Shown piece by piece: positions 29,178-39,234 of a DNA stretch of 64,000 bases (within the stretch, counting starts at the first letter, position 1; each line of letters begins with the position of its first letter). Both the position numbers and the translations under genes were made by a program. The notes beneath the pieces were generated by a model that was not told the origin of the DNA, made no database searches, and was given only the letters and a program-made list of their open reading frames with translations. The stretch is from Chloroflexota bacterium (GTDB lineage: Bacteria > Chloroflexota > Chloroflexia > DAOUBH01). Where the stretch lies: positions 15,982 through 79,981 of the forward strand of contig DAOUBH010000024.1 in the NCBI GenBank assembly GCA_034432775.1. The letters run 5' to 3'.

Positions 29178-30193
29178 GCCAAGGGCCGACCGATGGCCTC
29201 GGCGACTGCCCTCACCCTCGGCATCAACCGCTGAAAGTTCTCAAAGTTGAGCGACTGCGCACCATCACTCAGGGCATAGTCCGGGTTGGGATGCACCTCG
29301 ATCAGCAGACCATCAGCTCCAGCCGCTATTGAGGCCAAAGCCAGTGGCTCCACCAAGTACCATTTGCCCGTGCCGTGGCTCGGGTCCGCTATAACTGGGA
29401 GATGGCTTAGGCGCTTAGCCAACGGTATCGCGCTGACGTCCATAGTGTTCCTAGTCGACGTCTCGAAAGTGCGGATCCCCCTCTCGCAGAGCATCACTTT
29501 CCAGTTGCCCTGAGACAGGATGTACTCTGCGGCCAGCAGCCATTCTTCTATGGTCGCTGATAGGCCCCTCTTTAGAAGGATCGGTTTGCCCGAGCGTGCT
29601 GCCTCTTCTAGCAAGGTGTAGTTCTGCATGTTCCGTGCGCCGATCTGCAAGATGTCGGCGTATTCAGCAACCAGCGGCACGTCGAGCGGCGACATCACTT
29701 CCGTGATGATCTTCAGGCCCGTTTCCTCACGAGCCTTGGCAAGTATCTTGAGGCCGGCTTCCCCGAGACCACGAAACAGGTATGGCGAGGTCCTTGGCTT
29801 GAAAGCACCCCCTCTGAGGATCCTAGCTCCCGCTGCAGATACTGCCCTGGCTGTCGATAGGGTCTGCTCTTCGCTCTCAACGGAGCACGGCCCCGCCATG
29901 ACCACCACATGGGGCCCACCAATCGAGAGTCCGTCCAAGTTCACTACCGTATCCTCTGGATGGAACTCCCTGCTGGCCAGCTTGTACCTCTTGGAGATCC
30001 TGACGGCTTGTTCAACGCCCGGCAGGGTCTCGACCATTTCCAAGAGTTCATCAGGGATGGGGCTTCCCAGTACACCGATGATGGACCGCTCCCGTCCCTG
30101 AGATACATGGGTTCCGAATCCCGCCTCTTGGATCCTGCGCACCACATGTTCGATCTCGGAGCTGTTAGCTCCAACTCTCATGATTACCATCAT
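29174..30193 (-). CDS. aroF: 3-deoxy-7-phosphoheptulonate (DAHP) synthase, type I-beta with N-terminal regulatory domain
   Basis: [15 protein letters not shown]...[17 protein letters not shown] is the KDSA/AroF-type DAHPS core. A ~70-aa N-terminal ACT/FL-like domain precedes it. Confidence 0.85.
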   Translation of the reverse strand: MMVIMRVGANSSEIEHVVRRIQEAGFGTHVSQGRERSIIGVLGSPIPDELLEMVETLPGVEQAVRISKRYKLASREFHPEDTVVNLDGLSIGGPHVVVMAGPCSVESEEQTLSTARAVSAAGARILRGGAFKPRTSPYLFRGLGEAGLKILAKAREETGLKIITEVMSPLDVPLVAEYADILQIGARNMQNYTLLEEAARSGKPILLKRGLSATIEEWLLAAEYILSQGNWKVMLCERGIRTFETSTRNTMDVSAIPLAKRLSHLPVIADPSHGTGKWYLVEPLALASIAAGADGLLIEVHPNPDYALSDGAQSLNFENFQRLMPRVRAVAEAIGRPLA

Positions 30194-30213
30194 CCTATTG
30201 TTCCTCCTAGGGA

Positions 30214-30573
30214 CTATTCCAGGTCTGGTCTGAGTGCTGTGGCGCCCCTAAGATATATATGCCGCATTTCGTCCTGAGATCTATCGGTATTCACATGTAA
30301 CAGCACACGGATACACCGTGGGAGGGCGCCTTGTACGTCTATTTCCTGAGCACAAATAAGAGGGGTTTTGGTCCAGCCTAGCTCCCGCGCGGCCCGCGCG
30401 GGAAATACGGATGTGAGGTCCCGTGTCGCAGTGAAAAGTACGCTGGCGATCTCGTGAGGCTCAATATGGTTGGCCTCCAAGATCTTAAGGAGGAGCTCCT
30501 TTGTGGCTTGTATAATCTCCTCTGGATCGTCCCGCTGAACGGTAGTGGCACCGCGAATTCCTCTGCAGGGCAA
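30214..30573 (-). CDS. aroH: Chorismate mutase, AroH class
   Basis: [44 protein letters not shown] matches B. subtilis AroH almost along its whole length. Confidence 0.85.
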   Translation of the reverse strand: MPCRGIRGATTVQRDDPEEIIQATKELLLKILEANHIEPHEIASVLFTATRDLTSVFPARAARELGWTKTPLICAQEIDVQGALPRCIRVLLHVNTDRSQDEMRHIYLRGATALRPDLE

Positions 30574-30632
30574 CGTAGCCGCCGAAACTTGGTAACTTCA
30601 GTCAATGTATAGTATCCTATCAACTGGCTTCC

Positions 30633-31130
30633 ATGTCAAGGCCTTTTGGAAGCCAACGAGCCAGCATGTGGCCTCCCTCGTTGTCATGTATAGTGAGACC
30701 GCGAGGTTCAGCGGAGATGTCCGGTCTGCGTACCTCGATGCTGCCGCCCCTAAGTACAACCGCGGTCGACGGCAATGCCGTGAACCTGCAGGCTTTCAGG
30801 CACAGGGTGCCGCTGCTCCTGGTCTTCATACATCGCATGGATTGCCCCGATTGCCTCCCGGCACTAGATGGTGCCAGGGCAGCGCACGAAAGGTTTCCGG
30901 AAGTACGGGCCATCGTGGCCGGGGCGTTCTCTGTCACTATACCCGATTGGGCCGAAGCCGTGATCACCGACCAGGAGCGGTTAGTTCGTTGGCTCTGGTA
31001 CGAGTCCCCTTCCCTACCCCTGATAGTCGTAGCCGACAAGTACGCCGCGATTCGACGCGTGATACGAAGGGACTTTGCCCTCTCTCTAATCAGTGAGCTT
31101 GGGCTCCTGGACCACGAATGCCCTGAATGA
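30633..31130 (+). CDS. Thioredoxin-fold (redoxin/AhpC-TSA-like) protein; start uncertain
   Basis: LLLVFIHRMDCPDCLPAL has a CxxC in thioredoxin-fold context. Alternative starts: ATG 30666 or ATG 30717. Confidence 0.45.
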   Translation: MSRPFGSQRASMWPPSLSCIVRPRGSAEMSGLRTSMLPPLSTTAVDGNAVNLQAFRHRVPLLLVFIHRMDCPDCLPALDGARAAHERFPEVRAIVAGAFSVTIPDWAEAVITDQERLVRWLWYESPSLPLIVVADKYAAIRRVIRRDFALSLISELGLLDHECPE

Positions 31131-31194
31131 GGTATACCAGAGGGGCCCGGGCCGGCCCCCTCTGAGGATTGAGGGCGATTTTACGCCTCGGGAG

Positions 31195-31533
31195 TTACCC
31201 CTCGGGCTCTTCCCGAGGCTGTTCTCCCTCGAAGGGGACTCTCATGCGTTGACCTACCTGACTAGCCGTCTCTTGGACTTTGCTGATGGTCTGCTCGATG
31301 ACTTCCTTGCTCCGGGCAGCGTACTGATCGGTAAACTCCCGCGCTTTGCTCCCAAGATCCTCAGCCCGTTGCCGTGCCTTCTCCCTCAGCTCGGCGCTCC
31401 TCTCCAAAAGCTCCTCACGCATCTGTTGGCCCGACTTGGGTGCTAGCATCAAGGCCAAGCCCGCACCCAGCAGTGCACCCAAAACCAACCCCAGCAGGAA
31501 CCCACCGTCTCGAGAACCACCATTGCCAGCCAT
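31195..31533 (-). CDS. YtxH-family (DUF948-partner) stress protein
   Basis: The N-terminal TM GFLLGLVLGALLGAGLALMLAPKSGQQMREEL matches the YtxH signature. Charged helical tail. Confidence 0.7.
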   Translation of the reverse strand: MAGNGGSRDGGFLLGLVLGALLGAGLALMLAPKSGQQMREELLERSAELREKARQRAEDLGSKAREFTDQYAARSKEVIEQTISKVQETASQVGQRMRVPFEGEQPREEPEG

Positions 31534-31539
31534 TGAGTG

Positions 31540-31902
31540 TCACCTCCTTCGCCGAAGTATCCGCCGACTTGCCCCCCGAAGCCAAGCTGCCGCACTAGCT
31601 ATCTTTACCACCGGGTTGACAACACTTTCGCCCAAAAACTGTGCTGTTCCCTGTACGGTGTCGAGGGTAGACGTTGCTTTCTCTAGCACGGGTATTATGC
31701 CGTCCTTTATCACTAGAATGCTCCAAGTGAGAACCAGTACCGACATGAGCAGGACGATGCCATTAAGTACCCATAGGGCTGCCAAAACCACGATGGCAAT
31801 GTCGCGGAGCCCTGCCAAGGGAAGTGTGACTGCCAGGACAGCAATGCCAGCCACTATTATGACCAAGGCCAGTAGAGGGACTATAAGTATCATGCCACGC
31901 AT
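31540..31902 (-). CDS. DUF948-like membrane protein
   Basis: Two TM helices plus a helical C-terminus. Positioned immediately upstream of the YtxH gene, as in the Firmicutes ytxG/H pair. Confidence 0.6.
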   Translation of the reverse strand: MRGMILIVPLLALVIIVAGIAVLAVTLPLAGLRDIAIVVLAALWVLNGIVLLMSVLVLTWSILVIKDGIIPVLEKATSTLDTVQGTAQFLGESVVNPVVKIASAAAWLRGASRRILRRRR

Positions 31903-31942
31903 GAGGCGGTAGCTCCTGGCTTCAATGGCTAATTCCAGTATA

Positions 31943-32179
31943 TCATGCTCCCAAAATCTTGACGCTTACTATCGCGATGATGGCGCCCAGGCTCCCCTCG
32001 ATAACTGGCGTCTGGCCCACTCGCGGCAGTCCGGTGTCCAGGCTCATGGCTGCCCAGTAGCCCAGCAAGAAACCAAACAAAGAAGCGAGCCAGTAATAGA
32101 AGATCCCGACTGGTCTTCGGCCAAACAGGCCATGGCCGAGGAAACCAAAGAAACTGGCCGTCAGGAATCCGAGGATCAG
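31943..32179 (-). CDS. GlsB/YeaQ/YmgE (transglycosylase-associated) family small membrane protein; non-ATG start; not in ORF track
   Basis: Manual translation gives ...LILGFLTASFFGFLGHGLFGRRPVGIFYYWLASLFGFLLGYWAAMSLDTGLPRVGQTPVIEGSLGAIIAIVSVKILGA*. This resembles E. coli YeaQ (three TM helices, GxxGxxG). The start is probably CTG 32179 or ATC, overlapping the mnmA stop. Confidence 0.4.
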   Translation of the reverse strand: MILGFLTASFFGFLGHGLFGRRPVGIFYYWLASLFGFLLGYWAAMSLDTGLPRVGQTPVIEGSLGAIIAIVSVKILGA

Positions 32180-33270
32180 ACTGGGAGGTATGTCCCTGAT
32201 GACCTCGATCGGATGATCCCTCCGCCCAGAACTTCGTCGCCATGGTAAAACACTGCTACCTGCCCTGGCGCCACCGCTCTTGCCGGCGCGTCGAGCTCCA
32301 CCTCAGCTCGACTGGTCCCCAACACTCTGACTGTGGCTGCAAGCTCGCCGGATCGGTATCTGAGTTTTACAGCGGCCCTGAACACACTGTCGGGCGGTGT
32401 CCCTGCCACAAAGGAGACCTCTTCCAGTTCGATGGTACGCACCATCAGATCTTCAGCAGGGCCAACGACCACGGTGCGCGTTTCTGGCTGTATGTCCACC
32501 ACATACAAGGGGGATCCAGTGGCGACCCCGATGCCTCTTCTCTGCCCCACGGTGAAAAACGCTATCCCAGGGTGCTGTCCAAGCACCTGACCTGATGTAT
32601 CCACAATCGGTCCTGGTTCGAGGGCCTGGCGCCGGTAGTTGGCCACAAAAGCCCGGTAGTCGCCATGAGGTACGAAGCAGATCTCCTGGCTGTCGGGCTT
32701 ATTTGCCACTATTAGGCCGAGCTGCTCCGCCATGGCTCGCACCTGGGATTTGTGGTAGGTGCCTATAGGCAGCAGGAGTCTCCTCAGCTGGTGCTGTTGC
32801 AACATGTAGAGCACATAGCTTTGGTCCTTGCTTGCATCCGAGGCCTTAAGCAGCCGAAGACGTTCCCCTGTACCCTCGATACGGGCATAATGCCCTGTGG
32901 CAACATACTCGATGCCCAAGGCGTCGGCCTTTTTCATGAGTGCATCGAACTTTATGTACCTATTGCACGCCACGCAGGGGTTAGGGGTTCGGCCCTTCAA
33001 GTATTCATCGGCAAAGTAGTCCACCACTCGCGCCCGAAATTCGGCCTCAAGGTTTATTATGTAGTGGGGTATGTCCAGGGCGTGAGCCACCCGTCGGGCG
33101 TCCAAGGCGTCGTCCAGGGTGCAGCATGACCTGTTCAGAGAATATTCGCCCCCGCCCTGTGCTACTAGTCTCATGGTGACACCTATGACATCGTAGCCTT
33201 TCTGCTTTAGAAGAGCGGCAGCAACAGCGCTGTCGACGCCACCGCTCATAGCCACTAACACGCTAGCCAT
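32176..33270 (-). CDS. mnmA: tRNA-specific 2-thiouridylase
   Basis: PP-loop VLVAMSGGVDSAVAAALL, then the CVACNRYIKF and DSQEICF cysteine motifs. Confidence 0.95.
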   Translation of the reverse strand: MASVLVAMSGGVDSAVAAALLKQKGYDVIGVTMRLVAQGGGEYSLNRSCCTLDDALDARRVAHALDIPHYIINLEAEFRARVVDYFADEYLKGRTPNPCVACNRYIKFDALMKKADALGIEYVATGHYARIEGTGERLRLLKASDASKDQSYVLYMLQQHQLRRLLLPIGTYHKSQVRAMAEQLGLIVANKPDSQEICFVPHGDYRAFVANYRRQALEPGPIVDTSGQVLGQHPGIAFFTVGQRRGIGVATGSPLYVVDIQPETRTVVVGPAEDLMVRTIELEEVSFVAGTPPDSVFRAAVKLRYRSGELAATVRVLGTSRAEVELDAPARAVAPGQVAVFYHGDEVLGGGIIRSRSSGTYLPV

Positions 33271-33303
33271 GGTCCGTACGAGTCCCTTCCTGCACGTTGT
33301 GTC

Positions 33304-33780
33304 TTACTTCAGTTCCAGTATATAGGCTGTTTCGTCGCATGTCGGCAGCTTGGCGCACTTGAGACAATCAGCCCACACTTTTTGAGGTAGCCGGCTCTTC
33401 TCGATGGGCTGGAATCCGAGCTTCTCAAAGAATCCCCCAGAATAAGACAGCGTAAAGAGCCTCTTAATACCGAGCTCCGTCGCTTCACCTATGCAGGCCA
33501 ACACGAGCCGTGATCCGAGGCCGAGGCCTTGATAGGCCGGATCTACAGCGAGGGACCTCAATTCCGCGAGGTCGCGCCAGTAGATGCGGAGAGCACAGCA
33601 GCCCACCACCCTATCGCGGTCGCGCATGACAGTGAAGTCTCTAATGTGCTGGTATATATCAGCCAGAGTGCGGGGTAGCAACAGGCCCCCACGCTGGGCG
33701 TAGTAGTTGACAAGTTTGTGGATTCCCTCGGCATCGGCGAGGGTTGCCTTGGCTAGTTCTATCTGGCTGCTGATAGTCAA
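33304..33780 (-). CDS. GNAT family N-acetyltransferase (short ArgA-like N-acetylglutamate synthase candidate)
   Basis: Acetyl-CoA binding motif RSLAVDPAYQGLGLGSRLV. 158 aa. Confidence 0.75.
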   Translation of the reverse strand: MTISSQIELAKATLADAEGIHKLVNYYAQRGGLLLPRTLADIYQHIRDFTVMRDRDRVVGCCALRIYWRDLAELRSLAVDPAYQGLGLGSRLVLACIGEATELGIKRLFTLSYSGGFFEKLGFQPIEKSRLPQKVWADCLKCAKLPTCDETAYILELK

Positions 33781-34718
33781 TGTGCTACACCCCTCGCAGT
33801 GTCTGCCCTGGCCACGGAGACCGACGATCCCTCGCTTCGGAGCACAGTGGCGAGGGCAGCTATGGCGACCTCTATCATGGCAGGGTCCGGTTCCCTCGTA
33901 GTTAGGCGTTGTAGCGCCATAGAGGGTGCCATGGCCAGGCGCACGGCTGGCAACCGGTAATACGTGGCGGCCAACCTGACGATTTCATAGGCTAGCGCTG
34001 CGATTACTGGTACGAGCACGATCCTCGACACAACCCGAAGGATCGGGTCGGGCCTTCCTAAAAATGCGAAGACAACAACTGACACGGCTACAACCAGGAG
34101 GAGAAATCCGGTTCCACACCTCGGATGCTGTAGACTATGTCGTCGAACGGCCTCAACAGTGAGTGGTTCTCCAGCTTCGAAGGCGTTGATGGTCTTGTGC
34201 TCTGCGCCGTGATAGCAGAAGACCCTGCGAATCTCAGGAACAAAACCAATGCCAGCCAAGTAAAGCACCAGGATTCCCAGGCGGAAGGTGCCTTCAATGA
34301 GGTTGCTCATCACATCGGAACCAACCCATTGGTCTAGCAGGCTTGCGCCCACGAGCGGTGCTAACATAAACAGGGCGATAGCCAACGTGAGGGACACCAG
34401 AAGCGTGGCCCATAGTGTAGGACCTTCCAGCTTTGCCTCGTTCGCGCCGATAGCGGCGTTTGCAGAAAAAGAAAGGCTCCTCAGTCCCAGAACCATCATC
34501 TCCCACAACAGGAGGACCCCCCGCACTAAGGGGATGCGCTGCAGCTTGCCATCGCGAAGGGAGCTCGGAAGGGGGTTTTCAGCCACGATTAGCTGTCCGG
34601 AAGGCAGTCTCACAGCCACCGCGTAAGTGGTCCGGCCCCGCATCATAACCCCTTCGATGACAGCTTGACCGCCATAAAAGAATCTGGACACTCTTAACCT
34701 CCGCCACAATTTTAGCAC
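33777..34718 (-). CDS. DUF1385 (YqhQ-like) membrane protein
   Basis: FYGGQAVIEGVMMRG matches the N-terminal DUF1385 signature. Multiple TM helices. Confidence 0.75.
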   Translation of the reverse strand: MLKLWRRLRVSRFFYGGQAVIEGVMMRGRTTYAVAVRLPSGQLIVAENPLPSSLRDGKLQRIPLVRGVLLLWEMMVLGLRSLSFSANAAIGANEAKLEGPTLWATLLVSLTLAIALFMLAPLVGASLLDQWVGSDVMSNLIEGTFRLGILVLYLAGIGFVPEIRRVFCYHGAEHKTINAFEAGEPLTVEAVRRHSLQHPRCGTGFLLLVVAVSVVVFAFLGRPDPILRVVSRIVLVPVIAALAYEIVRLAATYYRLPAVRLAMAPSMALQRLTTREPDPAMIEVAIAALATVLRSEGSSVSVARADTARGVAH

Positions 34719-34777
34719 CGTTCGAGATAGGACCTATTGTCTTCCCTCAGTTAAGTCGGTAACAGTGCCTTCGGCCT

Positions 34778-36604
34778 TTGAGCCAACCTGGGTTGGGGTC
34801 ACGGAACATCGTTTGTTCGCTGTCAGCCGGAGAAGAGGGTGGTGTACCGCCTTATGGCAAGGTCCCCTGGGCTGCGGGCTACAATAGACACGGTATCATC
34901 ACTTATCATCGCGTTGAGGTGACGCGGTTGGGTACGCATGGGGTTTTAGGTTGCCTTTGGCGCGTGCCCGAAGAGGTCCCGACAGCTGAAGCAGGGTTAT
35001 ACGAGGGTTTGCCCCGATGGGTGGCCCAGTTCCTGTGGAACCGAGGCATAAGGTCCCCGGCTGCCTTGGCCTCGTACCTTTATGGGAAAGGCATAGCCTC
35101 GGACCCATGGGGCTTTCAACAGATGGAAAAGGCAGTGCAGCTAATTCTGGAGGCAAAGCTAAGGGGTGCCGAAGTGCTGATTTACGGTGACTTCGATGTA
35201 GATGGCCTCACAGCAGTGGCACTCCTTGTAGAAGGATTGGCACGTCTTGGACTGTCGATCAAGCCTCACATCCCCACCCGGGCCGAGGGCTATGGCCTGC
35301 GGATGGACCGACTTGAAGCGATCGGTGGGCGTTTGATTATAGCGGTGGACTGCGGCGTCGCGGATGGTGTTGCCATCGATTCGCTGCGTCGCAGGGGTAT
35401 CCAAACGATCGTGGTTGATCACCATCAGTTGCCTCCCGAGCTTCCCCCGGCGGCTGCGATACTTCATCCACAGCTTTCCTCCCTTGGAGTACCTTACTCC
35501 AGCGTTGGGATAGCCTTCAATCTCCTTCGGGCTCTCGCCGATGCTTCGGGAAAGGATCTTGGACTTCGGTCGTTGTTGGATTTGGTAGCCTTAGGTACGT
35601 TGGCTGACATGGCTGCGCTGGTGGGAGAAAACAGGGCGCTTGTCAGGTATGGACTCGCTGTTCTTCGGCAGAATCCCAGGCCGGGGCTGCGGAGCCTCAT
35701 GGATAAGGCAGGTTTGAGGCAGAGTCATATAAACAGTCGCACAGTTGCCTTCGCTCTAGCGCCTCGCATCAATGCTCCTGGTAGGTTATCGGTCGCAGGT
35801 CCGGTCCTGGAACTGCTCACAACTTATGATGCTGCTAGAGCGGACCATTTAGCTGAATGGGTCGAGGGCCACAACTACCTACGACGGGAGTGGTTTTCGG
35901 CTGTGCACCGGCAGGCGCATCCAGAGGTGCTGCGCCAGATCGAAAGGGGACGTAGGTGCGTAGTGGTAGCTGGGGACGGGTGGCCTCCGGGCTTAATGGG
36001 ACTTCTGGCGGCAAGGATTGTAGAGGAGTTCTGGGTGCCAGCTGTAGCCTTGGCCAAAGTCGACGGGACCTGGAGGGGGTCCATCCGTACTCCCCCGGGG
36101 ATCTCCTCGGTGGGAATGCTGATGGCAGCTTCCCATGTCCTGATGGCGTATGGCGGACATCAGGGAGCAGGTGGCCTCACCTTGGCCGAGGAAAGGTTAC
36201 CGGAACTGGTAAAGCTGTTGGAGGATCTGGCGAAAGTTGCTGAGCCTGCGGAACCCAAGGTGCTTTCCATCGATGCCCACATATCATTTCAGGAGCTTGC
36301 ACCTTCACTGAAAGGTGATTTGTCGAAACTGGAGCCCTTTGGGGAAGGCAATCCCGAGCCCGTATTGTTGCTCAAAGATGTATGGGTCCGCACGATTGCG
36401 GCCGTGGGATCCGCTGGGGCCGTGAAGCTTCGAATAGGCTCAGCAGGCGGTCCTGACACTATAAGCGCCAGCCTCTACAGGAATGCTCGCGAATGGCGTG
36501 ATCCTGGCGAGATTGGGATGGCGGTAATCCGCGCGCGTATGCCCCGAGGCCACGGCCTCGACTTAGAATTCCTGGACTTTTATCCAGGGACTGCTGCCTT
36601 ATAA
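34778..36604 (+). CDS. recJ: Single-stranded-DNA-specific exonuclease RecJ (DHH/DHHA1)
   Basis: DHH motifs LIYGDFDVDGLTAVALL and VVDHHQ. C-terminal DHHA1 GGHQGAGG. The true start may be the internal GTG at 34919. Confidence 0.85.
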   Translation: MSQPGLGSRNIVCSLSAGEEGGVPPYGKVPWAAGYNRHGIITYHRVEVTRLGTHGVLGCLWRVPEEVPTAEAGLYEGLPRWVAQFLWNRGIRSPAALASYLYGKGIASDPWGFQQMEKAVQLILEAKLRGAEVLIYGDFDVDGLTAVALLVEGLARLGLSIKPHIPTRAEGYGLRMDRLEAIGGRLIIAVDCGVADGVAIDSLRRRGIQTIVVDHHQLPPELPPAAAILHPQLSSLGVPYSSVGIAFNLLRALADASGKDLGLRSLLDLVALGTLADMAALVGENRALVRYGLAVLRQNPRPGLRSLMDKAGLRQSHINSRTVAFALAPRINAPGRLSVAGPVLELLTTYDAARADHLAEWVEGHNYLRREWFSAVHRQAHPEVLRQIERGRRCVVVAGDGWPPGLMGLLAARIVEEFWVPAVALAKVDGTWRGSIRTPPGISSVGMLMAASHVLMAYGGHQGAGGLTLAEERLPELVKLLEDLAKVAEPAEPKVLSIDAHISFQELAPSLKGDLSKLEPFGEGNPEPVLLLKDVWVRTIAAVGSAGAVKLRIGSAGGPDTISASLYRNAREWRDPGEIGMAVIRARMPRGHGLDLEFLDFYPGTAAL

Positions 36605-36637
36605 TCCAGAGAGGCAAACTCCAGATCGGGGCTGTCA

Positions 36638-37915
36638 GTGGCGAAAGTTGCGTTGATTAATCTCGGATGCAAAGTGAACATCGCAGAACTTCAGGACCTT
36701 GGAGAGAGGCTTTCAAGGCTGGGATATTGCCTAGTAGACCAGGAGGATAGGGCCGACTTGTACGTCCTCAATACTTGCACTGTGACCCATGTTGCGGATC
36801 GCAAGAGCCGCCAGATAGCTCGACGGCTCAAGCGGATGAATCCCAAGGCGACGGTGCTGGCCACTGGGTGCTACGTTGAGCTCCTCTGTCGATCAGGTCA
36901 ATGGCTCGACGGCGTGGATATCATGGTACGCCAGGCCGAAAAATCTACCCTGGAGGAGACTATTCTGGGGCTTTTGCCGCCTCAGGGCGGCTGGTCACCA
37001 GAGAGCGGCATGCCGCGCCCATCCCGTACCCGCGGGTTTGTTAAGGTGCAGGACGGTTGCAACGAATACTGCACTTTCTGCACTATCCCTGTGGCCAGGG
37101 GCGGTTTTCTGTGGAGTGCATCGCCCGATGCGATCTTGGATGAGGTGCGTAGACGCCTTTCTGCTGGTCACAAGGAAATAGTGATCACTGGTGTCCACCT
37201 GGGGAAATACCGTTTCCGTCAGGATGGATCGCGGCTTAAGGTTTTTGACATCCTGAAGCTTATCTTGCGTGAGACCGATGTCTCACGGTTGCGTGTGAGC
37301 TCCATCGAACCCCACGACTTCGATCCCAGGCTTATCGAACTCTGGGCTGACCCGAGGGTGTGCCGGCACGTACACCTGGCCCTGCAGAGTGGCTGTGACA
37401 GAACCCTCAAGAGGATGAGAAGGGGCTACACTGTCCAGGATTTTGCAGATCTGCTAGAGAAATTAAGGGCCGCGGTACCAGATATCAGCATTACAACAGA
37501 TATCATAGTGGGTTTTCCGGGTGAAACAGACGAAGAATTCTGGGAAAGCTACAGCTTTGCTGAAGCCGTTGGGTTTAGCCGGATCCACGTCTTTCCCTTC
37601 TCACCGCGACCTGGCACTCCAGCAGCAGCCATGCCGGACCAGGTGCCGGCAGAGGTAAAGCGCTATAGGGTCAGTTGCTTCCTTGAATTGGGGGCAAGGT
37701 CGGCACATGCCTGGCACCAGAAATTCGTGGGGCGTATGGCTTCGGTCCTCTGGGAAATGGTTCGCCCTTCACCGGACGGCCCTGTCTGGGAAGGGTACAC
37801 CGACAACTATGTCCGCGTGCGTTTGGTTTCGCGGCGACCTCTGTTGAACACTGTGACCAGTGTTGCCCTGGTGGGTGCAGACCCCCAGGGAGTCGTGGCC
37901 CAAGAAGTAATGTGA
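36638..37915 (+). CDS. mtaB: Radical SAM methylthiotransferase, MiaB/RimO family (MtaB-like)
   Basis: N-terminal MTTase domain LINLGCKVN. Radical SAM CNEYCTFCTIP. C-terminal TRAM. Confidence 0.85.
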   Translation: MAKVALINLGCKVNIAELQDLGERLSRLGYCLVDQEDRADLYVLNTCTVTHVADRKSRQIARRLKRMNPKATVLATGCYVELLCRSGQWLDGVDIMVRQAEKSTLEETILGLLPPQGGWSPESGMPRPSRTRGFVKVQDGCNEYCTFCTIPVARGGFLWSASPDAILDEVRRRLSAGHKEIVITGVHLGKYRFRQDGSRLKVFDILKLILRETDVSRLRVSSIEPHDFDPRLIELWADPRVCRHVHLALQSGCDRTLKRMRRGYTVQDFADLLEKLRAAVPDISITTDIIVGFPGETDEEFWESYSFAEAVGFSRIHVFPFSPRPGTPAAAMPDQVPAEVKRYRVSCFLELGARSAHAWHQKFVGRMASVLWEMVRPSPDGPVWEGYTDNYVRVRLVSRRPLLNTVTSVALVGADPQGVVAQEVM

Positions 37916-39234
37916 CGGAGACAGCAGTGACCATAGAGAGATACGCGCATCCCAAGATGGCACAACTTTGGAGCGAGCAGGCCAAGTTCGAGAGATGGCT
38001 GCAAGTGGAGTTGGCTGTGACCGAAGCCTGGGCCCAATTGGGCGAGGTACCCCGCGAGGCTTTGCCCCTTCTGAGGAAAGCCACTGTCGATGCAAAAAGG
38101 GTGAAGGAACTCGAGGCCGTTACGGATCACGATGTCGTAGCTTTCCTGCAGGCAGTGAGCGAGACCTTGGGTCCAGAGGCAAGATACTTACATCTTGGGC
38201 TCACCAGTTCCGATGTGATTGACACGGCCCTTGCCCTTCAGGTGCGGGATAGCATCGATGTAATCCTGGAAGAGTTAGTGGCGTTGGAGCGAACGACCAC
38301 GGAACTGGCCCTCCGTCACAAGCGCACGCTGATGATAGGTCGCACCCATGGTGTCCATGCGGAACCAACCACTTTCGGCCTCAAGTTGCTCGGTTGGGTG
38401 CAGGAGCTCCGACGTCACAAAGGGCGGCTCCTTGCAGCCCGGGATGATATCAGCTACGGCAAGATATCTGGCGCTGTGGGGACTCATGCTACCGTTCCTC
38501 CCCAAATTGAGGAGATTGCTTGCAGGAAGTTGGGGCTCAAGCCAGAGCCCGTGTCCACGCAAATCGTTCCTCGCGATCGACATGGAGCAGTGGTAGCGGC
38601 TTTGGCCCTTCTGGCGTCATCGTTGGAGAAGTTTGCCACGGAAATACGCCATCTGCAGCGCACTGAGGTCAGGGAGGTGGAGGAGCCCTTTTCTCCAGGT
38701 CAGAAGGGCTCCTCGGCGATGCCCCATAAAAGAAACCCCCATAAGTGCGAGCGTATCACCGGGCTAGCGAGGGTCGTGAGGTCATACGCGGTGTCGGCGT
38801 TGGAAAACGTTGCCCTATGGCACGAGCGTGATATAAGTCACAGTTCAGTGGAGCGCATAATTCTTCCCGGTGCTTTTGGATTGGTGGCTTACATGCTGGT
38901 TTCCTTCCGCACAATGCTGGAGGGCCTTGTGGTCTACCCAGAACGCATGTTGCAGAATCTCGACCTCACCCGAGGACTCGTATTTTCACAACGTGTGCTT
39001 CTCGCACTCATAGAGAAGGGACTGTCCCGGCAGGAGGCCTATGATGTGGTCCAGCGGCTGTCCATGCAGGCTTGGGAGGGTCCAGCGTCTTTTAGGGAGC
39101 TGCTTGAGGAGGACCCGAAGGTTTCCGCGGTGCTTTCCAGGGTTGAGGTTGACGAGCTGTTCAACTATGAATACTACCTGAAATACGTGGACGTTGCGTA
39201 TCAGCGTTCTGGGCTGGAGGACTCGGAGTCGTAA
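37912..39234 (+). CDS. purB: Adenylosuccinate lyase
   Basis: ERYAHPKMAQLWSEQAKFERWLQVELAV and the fumarate-lyase signature GSSAMPHKRNP. Confidence 0.95.
   Translation: MTETAVTIERYAHPKMAQLWSEQAKFERWLQVELAVTEAWAQLGEVPREALPLLRKATVDAKRVKELEAVTDHDVVAFLQAVSETLGPEARYLHLGLTSSDVIDTALALQVRDSIDVILEELVALERTTTELALRHKRTLMIGRTHGVHAEPTTFGLKLLGWVQELRRHKGRLLAARDDISYGKISGAVGTHATVPPQIEEIACRKLGLKPEPVSTQIVPRDRHGAVVAALALLASSLEKFATEIRHLQRTEVREVEEPFSPGQKGSSAMPHKRNPHKCERITGLARVVRSYAVSALENVALWHERDISHSSVERIILPGAFGLVAYMLVSFRTMLEGLVVYPERMLQNLDLTRGLVFSQRVLLALIEKGLSRQEAYDVVQRLSMQAWEGPASFRELLEEDPKVSAVLSRVEVDELFNYEYYLKYVDVAYQRSGLEDSES

Noticed and set aside
28649-29332. 227-aa plus-strand ORF
   Set aside because: It is an alternative frame inside folC and runs across the convergent aroF 3' end. 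Arg/Gly/Cys-rich composition is typical of an out-of-frame GC-rich translation.
31925-32248. Two ~105-aa ORFs (plus and minus strand) listed in the track
   Set aside because: Neither has motifs. A third frame on the minus strand gives a convincing GlsB/YeaQ-like membrane protein, so these are judged spurious.
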